51,879 bases of DNA from an uncultured Gammaproteobacteria bacterium. GTDB lineage: Bacteria > Patescibacteriota > Patescibacteriia > CAYHVQ01. Shown here in pieces: positions 45,332 to 51,879 of this stretch; position 1 is the first letter of the stretch; every line of letters starts with the position of its first letter. The stretch spans positions 1 to 51,879 of the forward strand of contig CAYHVQ010000002.1 in the NCBI GenBank assembly GCA_964360435.1, in the 5' to 3' direction. A program made the translations under genes and the position numbers. The notes beneath the pieces are model-generated. The model was not told the DNA's origin. It saw only the letters and a list, made by a program, of their open reading frames with translations, and ran no database searches.

Positions 45332-46834
45332 ATGTCTTCGCATACGACGCAACCAACCATTGACCTCCTCAAAGCAACGGCCGCGGTGGTACCGGATGAG
45401 CACCGGGCGCCACAACGCAAAGGCTGGGGAAAAATCATTGCCGGTCTCGTTTGTCTCATCGCCGCAGGGGGATTATTTTTTGGTGTTCGTACGTTTGCCG
45501 CCTTTGTCCAGGTCTTATCCTCCGAAGAAGGGCAGGCGCCGATTTTGGAACAACTCGGACATCTTGTGAGCAACGCGGATCGCAAACTGGACGGCGAGGA
45601 TGCTGGAAAGATCAATATTCTCCTCTTGGGAATGGGTGGCGACGGACATCCGGGAGGAAAACTGGCAGACACGATCCTTGTGGCGAGCATCAATACGGAA
45701 TCCAAGCAGACCGCGCTTATCTCGATCCCGCGAGATCTTGTGTATGATTTTGAAGGCCGCGGTTATACCTTTCGAAAAATAAATTCCGGTTATTATTTAG
45801 GGGAATCGCAGAAGGCAGAAGGGGGAGGCGTCGGTGTCATGCGGCGCGCTGTGGAAAACGTCACCGGCCTTACCATCCCCTACTGGGCGGGCATTGATTT
45901 TGAAGGATTCCGAAAAATGATTGATAATCTTGGCGGCGTGGATATTGTCGTGGACAAACCCTTCAGCGATCGCCTCTACCCTACCTATAGTTACGGTTAT
46001 CAAACCGTGACGTTTGAAAAAGGTCCACAGCACCTTAACGGAGAAAAAGCTCTGCAGTATGCTCGATCGCGTCACGGAAATAACGGAACCGGATCGGACT
46101 TTGATCGTTCTCGCCGACAAAAAATGATTCTTGGCGCGATCAAACAAAAAGCGCTGTCTCTCTATACCTTATTCAACCCCACGGCGATGACATCGCTCCT
46201 CGGAACGGTATCCGAGCATGTCCGCACGAACATCGAACTTTCGGAAATGGCGAGATTTTGGGAAGTCAGCCAATCCATCCAAACCGATGCGGTTCTCCAG
46301 CTTACGATTGACAATGGCGCAAGTAAACTTCTGCACAGCGAACGCGGAGATCAAGGAGCGTATACCTTAGTTCCCAATGCGGGACTGGGAAATTACAAAG
46401 AAATCCGCACAGCAGTTAAAAATATTTTCAGTCTGTCGGCGGGTGCGGTTGCAAAAGAACATGCAAAGATTGAACTCCAAAATGGAACCAAGCAAGCTGG
46501 GCTCGCGGGAGTATGGAAGGAAGAGCTGTTAAAAAAGAATTATCAAATTATCAATGTTGGAAATGCGGCGCGAACGGATTACGAACGCACGGTCATTTAC
46601 GATCTCACCGGTCAATTTCCAGAAACCATTAAACAGCTGAAAGCCGATTTAAACGCAAATGTTTCGACGATTGTTCCCCCATTTTTAAGCCAAGCCGTTC
46701 CCCCGGGGGAAAACGCGCTCTTAGCGACACAGCCTCCCGAAGAAATTCCCATAACGAACATCTCGGAAGGAACAGCGGATCTGATAGTCGTTATCGGTCG
46801 CGATCATCAACAAAATAATTTTTCCTTGCGATAA
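45332..46834 (+). CDS. LCP (LytR-CpsA-Psr) family cell-envelope phosphotransferase
   Basis: TM anchor, then INILLLGMGGDGHPGGKLADTILVASIN...LISIPRDL and ARSRHG, plus a C-terminal LytR_C-like domain. Confidence 0.85.
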   Translation: MSSHTTQPTIDLLKATAAVVPDEHRAPQRKGWGKIIAGLVCLIAAGGLFFGVRTFAAFVQVLSSEEGQAPILEQLGHLVSNADRKLDGEDAGKINILLLGMGGDGHPGGKLADTILVASINTESKQTALISIPRDLVYDFEGRGYTFRKINSGYYLGESQKAEGGGVGVMRRAVENVTGLTIPYWAGIDFEGFRKMIDNLGGVDIVVDKPFSDRLYPTYSYGYQTVTFEKGPQHLNGEKALQYARSRHGNNGTGSDFDRSRRQKMILGAIKQKALSLYTLFNPTAMTSLLGTVSEHVRTNIELSEMARFWEVSQSIQTDAVLQLTIDNGASKLLHSERGDQGAYTLVPNAGLGNYKEIRTAVKNIFSLSAGAVAKEHAKIELQNGTKQAGLAGVWKEELLKKNYQIINVGNAARTDYERTVIYDLTGQFPETIKQLKADLNANVSTIVPPFLSQAVPPGENALLATQPPEEIPITNISEGTADLIVVIGRDHQQNNFSLR

Positions 46835-46837
46835 ATA

Positions 46838-48202
46838 ATGCTTTTTTCTCGCCCCCTCTCTCGCAGGGATCGTTCCGTCGCCCTCGTGGGACGCGCAAAT
46901 ACCGGAAAATCCACGCTTTTTAATCGTCTTGTTGAAGAAGAACGCGCGGTTGTTTCGTCGATCGCCGGAACAACGCGAGATGTGAATGTCGCCTCTGCCA
47001 TCTGGCGAGGGGTTCCCATGACCATTTCCGACACCATTGGGTTAGATATTGATTCCACCCATGAAGTGGAAGAGCAGGCGCTTGAACGCGCACTAGTTGC
47101 CGCACGGGACGCGGCGGTGATCGTGCAAATTGTAGACGGTCAGGCGGGTCTAACCCCCTTCGACAAACAAATCACCAGATTTCTTCGCGGATTTCACAAA
47201 CCTTTTGTAATCGCAATCAATAAGGTGGATAGTCCAAAAATCCGAACAAAAATTGATCCGGCATTTTTCCAGCTCCATGACGAAGTGCACATCGTTTCAG
47301 CGATCCAGGGCATCGGCATCGGCGACCTTCTGGATCATCTGACGCTCCTCCTTCCCCCCGCGGAGGATGCTGAGACCGACCCCGAAGAAATTCTTTTGGC
47401 GCTGGTCGGCCGGCCAAACGTCGGAAAGTCTTCTTTATTTAATGCACTGGTGGGAGAAGAACGCTCCATTGTCAGCGCGCAACCTCACACGACCCGAGAC
47501 ACCCAGGACGCCGTGATCCTGTACGGAGATGCTCGGATTCGGCTCATTGATACCGCAGGGATGCGAAAACGGGGACGGGTTGGAAAAACCGCAATTCCCG
47601 AAGCCGGTGGCATTATTGAACGGGAGAGCGTAAAACGATCCTTGTACGCCATCCAGCACGCAAATATCGTGGGGCTCGTCCTCAATATTCGAGAAAAGAT
47701 CCAAGCGCAAGATCGCCACCTCGCCGAAACGATTCTCAACTATCGAAAAAGTCTTTTTCTCATCGCGAACCAATGGGATCGCATCCCGGATAAAGAAGCG
47801 GCAACCATCCACCGGTATACAGAATACCTCCACAGCGAGTTGCCCTTCCTCACATGGGCGCCCATCCTCTTTACATCCGCAACAAAAAAAATCCGCGTCC
47901 ACGAAATTTTAGAACTCGCAACACATCTCCATCGAGAACGCCATCGTACCATCTCCGACATAGAGGCAAAAACGTTTATCCGTTCGGTGATTTCCAAAAA
48001 ATTGCCTGTACAAAAAAAGGGCGTTCAACATCCTCGAATCATCAGCTTGCGCCAAACGCGAACAAATCCGCCGATGTTTCTCCTTCGCGTGGCTGGAAAC
48101 CAAGAACTTCATCCCTCCTACCTCCGTTTCCTCGAACATCAACTGCGGGAACAATTTGGATTCCTAGGCACTCCTCTCACCATTCGCTTATTAAAACGAT
48201 GA
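46838..48202 (+). CDS. der: ribosome biogenesis GTPase Der (EngA)
   Basis: Two tandem G domains (GRANTGKSTLFNRL..GTTRD and GRPNVGKSSLFNAL..HTTRD) plus a KH-like C-terminus. Confidence 0.93.
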   Translation: MLFSRPLSRRDRSVALVGRANTGKSTLFNRLVEEERAVVSSIAGTTRDVNVASAIWRGVPMTISDTIGLDIDSTHEVEEQALERALVAARDAAVIVQIVDGQAGLTPFDKQITRFLRGFHKPFVIAINKVDSPKIRTKIDPAFFQLHDEVHIVSAIQGIGIGDLLDHLTLLLPPAEDAETDPEEILLALVGRPNVGKSSLFNALVGEERSIVSAQPHTTRDTQDAVILYGDARIRLIDTAGMRKRGRVGKTAIPEAGGIIERESVKRSLYAIQHANIVGLVLNIREKIQAQDRHLAETILNYRKSLFLIANQWDRIPDKEAATIHRYTEYLHSELPFLTWAPILFTSATKKIRVHEILELATHLHRERHRTISDIEAKTFIRSVISKKLPVQKKGVQHPRIISLRQTRTNPPMFLLRVAGNQELHPSYLRFLEHQLREQFGFLGTPLTIRLLKR

Positions 48203-48768
48203 AACTGATTGTCGGGCTCGGAAACCCAGGGGAACAATACCACCGCACGCGGCATAACATTGGATTTCGCGTGGTTGATTTTTTTGGAGATACGCTGGGT
48301 ATGAAAGACTGGACGCCGAATCAAAAATTTCACGCTAGACTTTGCCGCGGACGCATCGGAAAGGAAGAGCTCCTCCTTGCGCTTCCAGAAACATTTATGA
48401 ACGACTCCGGCATCGCGGCCGCCGCACTCGCGACTTTCTATCACATCGCCCCCCAAGACTTTCTCGTCATCAGCGATGACAAAGATCTGCTATTTGGAAA
48501 AATCCGCGTTCGGACGCAAGGGTCGGATGGCGGCCATCGGGGATTGCGATCTATCCTCCAAAATATGGGAACGGTAAAAATTCCGCGCGTGAAAATCGGC
48601 GTCCTGCCCCCGAGTCGTGAAATCAAAGACACGAGCGCCTTTGTGTTGCGAAACTTCACGAAGGCGGAAGAGGCGGCGTTGGCGGCAATCATCCCAGAAA
48701 CCGCAACGTTTCTGCGAACCCTAATGATCCGAGGTGTCACGGACCAAACCGTCCGAATTAAAATGTAA
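48199..48768 (+). CDS. pth: peptidyl-tRNA hydrolase
   Basis: MKLIVGLGNPGEQYHRTRHNIGF..., with an ATGA overlap with der. This is the internal start of the 47854-48768 track ORF. Confidence 0.92.
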   Translation: MKLIVGLGNPGEQYHRTRHNIGFRVVDFFGDTLGMKDWTPNQKFHARLCRGRIGKEELLLALPETFMNDSGIAAAALATFYHIAPQDFLVISDDKDLLFGKIRVRTQGSDGGHRGLRSILQNMGTVKIPRVKIGVLPPSREIKDTSAFVLRNFTKAEEAALAAIIPETATFLRTLMIRGVTDQTVRIKM

Positions 48769-48772
48769 AAAA

Positions 48773-48796
48773 AGAGTGACGCATGGCGTTCACTCT
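48773..48796 (-). terminator. candidate intrinsic terminator of the UPF0182 gene
   Basis: 7-bp stem AGAGTGA/TCACTCT. On the minus strand it is followed by TTTTTTTACATTTT. It lies in the 21-nt convergent gap with pth. Confidence 0.45.
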
Positions 48797-51708
48797 GTTT
48801 CGATCGCTTCAGCCGTCTCGGGCTGGACGCGTTCGAATTGGGCTCGAAGCGCCTGCAAAACCTGTCCGGCCTCGCTGTACTTTCCCTCGGCCACGAGGGC
48901 ATTGTACTCGTTCATCCACGCCAGCGCGACCTGCGCAAGCTGGGCTACGGACTTCGGCACATAGTCGGACGGCAGGATGCTCGACGAAGCGGCAATAGGC
49001 GGTGTGGAACCCCCGAGGAGCGCGGTGAGCGCGCCACCCAGCGTTTCACTCCAGACGATCTGGTTATCCGCCGACGCGATGACTCGCCGGAGCTGGGGAT
49101 AAGACCTCCCGCCCATCGTGCTCTGGAGGTACACGGGTTCGACATGGAGAATGGCAGCAGTCGCCTCCTCTCCCATGAGCGGAACCGTGAGCATGTTCCC
49201 GCGGTAGACGCTGGATCCCTCCTGCCGCCAGAGCGTCATCTCGGCCGAGAACTCGATCTCCGCTTTGTTCTCGACGAGCATTGGCCCGAGCACCGGGTCC
49301 CCAATGCCGAATCGGTAGGACACGAGTTGCCCGTACGCGTCCCCGTCGCACAACCCCGCCAGCCACCCGGTCAAGTTCTCCTTTCCTTTGGGGCAGAAGG
49401 GCTGCATGATCAGGAACTGCGGCGCGCCGTTCGGCTCGAGTTGGAGCAGGATGTAGTAGGGCGCAACCGCGCGCGTTCCTTCCCAGTACTGCTCTTGCGC
49501 GATGTCGAAGTGGTCCTGATGACCGTAGAACCGTTTCGGATCCGTCACATGGTACTCGCGATAGACCGCCCGCTGGAAGGTGAAAAGGCCCTCGGGATAC
49601 CGGATGTGCCGCCGAAGCACTTCCGGCATTTCAGACGCGGGGTGGAAGAGCGTAGGGAAGATCTCCGCCCACGCCGCAAGGATCGGATCCTCGTTGTCAA
49701 ACCGCCAACACGTCACCGTCCCATCCACAGCGTCGAGCGTCACCTTGACGCTGTTTCGCGCGTAGTTGACCTCGACGTCTTTACCTCCCCAGATCGGCAG
49801 AGGCTGACGCTTGGCGGACGGATAGTTCTCCGACACCGTGTAGGCGTCGCACACGTACGTCGGGTTTATCCCCTCTTCGACCACGAGGAGCGGATCGGCG
49901 TCGAAGCGCAGGAACGGAAGCCGGTCCATCACGCGCTCTTTGACCGACCGCCACACAAGGATCCGGGTGGAATCCGGAAGCACCTTATTGGTGGCGAGGA
50001 TCTTGTACCCGTCGTACGCCCGCGCAAGCAGCAGGCGATCCAAGCCGGAACGCAGGCGAATTCCGCCAGCGCCGGTGTATCGCGTCATGACATCTTCCGC
50101 ACCTTCCCTTCCGTAGTGGAGTTCGTCGAGCCCCGCCTGAACGTAGACGGGATCCGAGGGAATCTCCTGGTAGTAGAACGAAGTACTGCTCGGCTGGGGG
50201 ACGTCTGGACTGAACGTCATCGGAATCCCTTGAGCCAGGAAGCTCGGGAATCCCGAACGATCCATCCCATTCGCCGCAGCCATCATCCAGCCGAATCCGT
50301 GGGTGAACAGGAAGTGGCGATTGAGCCACGTGTCTGCGCGCCCGTCGAGTTCGTTGTGGTCGAGGAAGCGAGCAGCGAGCATGACCTCTTGGAGGCTGCC
50401 GCCGATCGCATACCGATCCACGTCCACACCCCCTTCCGGAAACCGGTAGAACGGACGAAGCTCGTGGAACGCGTTGTACACGGTCTGGAGCGCTTCCCAG
50501 TCGTGGATCCGAAGATTGGAAACCGTCGGCTCGTACTGGGCCAGGCGATCCTGCGTGAGTGGCTCGATCTGGAGATCCCGCTCAACCATTCCGCTCAAAC
50601 CCGCGGCCTGGCGCGTGTACTGCATGTCGTTCTGGATGTACACCTCCTCTCGGTTGTACTCGTCATTCTTGACGCGGTACGCTTGCACGAACTCGGGCCA
50701 GATTGCGCCCAATGCGAGCCAGGACAGGAGAACGATGGCAAGACTTCCTCCTGCCCATCCGATCAAGAGACCATCTCGCTTGCGGCGGATGATCGAACCG
50801 GAAAACAGCATCGGGAATGTGGCCAGGCACGCCAGACCCACATAGATCCAGGACTGGACGACGGCCGCGACCGCTCGGACGTGATGATCGGTGTACCCGA
50901 CCCCCACGACCTTGCCGCTCTGATCCCACATCATCTCCGGAAGGTCGAGGCGAACTCCGTACGCCATGACGGCAAACAGCACCGCCGCAAGCAACCCGAT
51001 GTGGCGGAAACTGATGACTTCCGCTTTATCGGCGAGCTCGTCTTGACTCTGCAGCTTCTCTTGCATCACACCGAGAAGAGCAGCCACCGCGCCGATCAGA
51101 ATGAAGAGAAGTACGGTCAACCCATCCACGATCGAAATCTGAATCGGCAGCGCCGCCAAATAATCCGAGATCGGGATTCCGAAGACCGGATCTGAGGCAG
51201 ACGACGCCGGCAGATGGTTGGCGAGAAGCAGGTCTTGCGAAAGCGACGTGCCGACGATGCCGGCAACGAGGCCCGCAATGCCCATCACCCCCAACAGACC
51301 GAGGAGCAGTCGCTCGCAGTAACGTGGCATGAGCAGAACCGGAGCGCCGAGGACGCCGGCAAGAAGCGCGCCCACACCGAAGAATCGGAGGAACGCCTTC
51401 CACTTCGCCGCCCACAGGATCCAGAACACCTCGGGGTGTCCCCATTCGGTGTAGTGGAGATGCGTGATGTAGAGCGACTCGGCCCAGCGAAGCCCGCAGA
51501 GCGCGACGAAACCGACGACGCCGAACGCGAGGTACCACCGTCCGATCTGCCAGGCCTTCTTCATAGGCTCTGGGACATCGCGATTCCAGGGATCCCGCTC
51601 CGTGTAATTCGAGATTGCTGACAGTCCGACGAGGAGCCGAAGGATGAGCGGAAGGAACGGCAAAACCGGCCAGAGGCAGGTCAGGAAATAGACCACCGGG
51701 GAATCCAT
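48790..51708 (-). CDS. UPF0182-family large polytopic membrane protein
   Basis: About 970 aa, with N-terminal multi-TM region and a large C-terminal region with typical stretches (FTHGFGWMMAAANG, YYILLQLEPNGAPQFLIMQPF, LHVEPVYLQS). ATG at 51708 with AAGGGAG 6 nt upstream. The gene is GC-rich. Confidence 0.85.
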   Translation of the reverse strand: MDSPVVYFLTCLWPVLPFLPLILRLLVGLSAISNYTERDPWNRDVPEPMKKAWQIGRWYLAFGVVGFVALCGLRWAESLYITHLHYTEWGHPEVFWILWAAKWKAFLRFFGVGALLAGVLGAPVLLMPRYCERLLLGLLGVMGIAGLVAGIVGTSLSQDLLLANHLPASSASDPVFGIPISDYLAALPIQISIVDGLTVLLFILIGAVAALLGVMQEKLQSQDELADKAEVISFRHIGLLAAVLFAVMAYGVRLDLPEMMWDQSGKVVGVGYTDHHVRAVAAVVQSWIYVGLACLATFPMLFSGSIIRRKRDGLLIGWAGGSLAIVLLSWLALGAIWPEFVQAYRVKNDEYNREEVYIQNDMQYTRQAAGLSGMVERDLQIEPLTQDRLAQYEPTVSNLRIHDWEALQTVYNAFHELRPFYRFPEGGVDVDRYAIGGSLQEVMLAARFLDHNELDGRADTWLNRHFLFTHGFGWMMAAANGMDRSGFPSFLAQGIPMTFSPDVPQPSSTSFYYQEIPSDPVYVQAGLDELHYGREGAEDVMTRYTGAGGIRLRSGLDRLLLARAYDGYKILATNKVLPDSTRILVWRSVKERVMDRLPFLRFDADPLLVVEEGINPTYVCDAYTVSENYPSAKRQPLPIWGGKDVEVNYARNSVKVTLDAVDGTVTCWRFDNEDPILAAWAEIFPTLFHPASEMPEVLRRHIRYPEGLFTFQRAVYREYHVTDPKRFYGHQDHFDIAQEQYWEGTRAVAPYYILLQLEPNGAPQFLIMQPFCPKGKENLTGWLAGLCDGDAYGQLVSYRFGIGDPVLGPMLVENKAEIEFSAEMTLWRQEGSSVYRGNMLTVPLMGEEATAAILHVEPVYLQSTMGGRSYPQLRRVIASADNQIVWSETLGGALTALLGGSTPPIAASSSILPSDYVPKSVAQLAQVALAWMNEYNALVAEGKYSEAGQVLQALRAQFERVQPETAEAIETE

Positions 51709-51879
51709 GCGCAACTCCCTTCGCGTGCACGAGAACTGGAGGTTGAAGGAGCATCCCGACGGACGTCGGGAACTCGCAAAGACAGGCTTTGCGAACCGCT
51801 GAAAATACCACATCTGTATAAAATCTGTCAAACAATGTACTGTTGCAGAGTTCCAGTTACCTTCTGTGGATAAATGAAT

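Noticed and set aside
48838-51195. 785-aa plus-strand ORF
   Set aside because: It is antisense to the GC-rich UPF0182 gene. Its Arg/Pro/His-rich composition is the expected artefact of high GC, and the minus-strand product has clear TM helices and family-like motifs.
1-51879. CRISPR arrays, transposases, integrases, prophage, toxin-antitoxin or known defence genes
   Set aside because: I found no direct-repeat/spacer periodicity and no ORF with recombinase, transposase or nuclease-defence motifs. The only repeats are short coding low-complexity tracts.

Overview
The window is 51.9 kb and densely coding, with about 55 protein genes and one tRNA (tRNA-Asp GTC). I saw no rRNA, CRISPR array, transposase or integrase. 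Most genes lie on the minus strand in one co-directional run of about 32 kb (12.9-45.2 kb), and many overlap their neighbour by 4 nt (ATGA). The recognisable genes are a small housekeeping set: ftsA/ftsZ, hisS, der, pth, prfB, rpsU, lepB, lgt, truB, ybeY and dgkA. There are also non-oxidative pentose-phosphate enzymes (tkt, rpe, rpiB, PGI/PMI), a ComEC and an HtrA protease. Many other genes encode bitopic N/T-rich or thrombospondin-type-3-repeat surface proteins. This content, together with the near absence of Shine-Dalgarno sites, suggests a reduced-genome Patescibacteria/CPR-like bacterium; that is an inference. UGA is a stop codon, because prfB carries the canonical +1 frameshift site. The items most worth follow-up are: (1) a 1,924-aa surface protein whose N-terminus looks like a VirB2/TrbC-type pilin, followed by two Ca-repeat membrane proteins; (2) a translationally coupled lipid head-group operon with a tandem-duplicated CDP-alcohol phosphatidyltransferase, an MGS-like GT4 and degenerate kinase- and methyltransferase-fold proteins; (3) a GC-rich, Shine-Dalgarno-rich three-gene insert between ftsZ and that operon, including a PLP-fold protein that seems to lack the catalytic lysine; (4) a 254-nt multi-stem intergenic RNA candidate between prfB and comEC; (5) an extracytoplasmic redox operon bounded by a promoter and a terminator, with three DsbA-like proteins, MauE, glutaredoxin and an orphan CuA-type cupredoxin. 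All domain calls come from reading motifs by eye. No searches were run.
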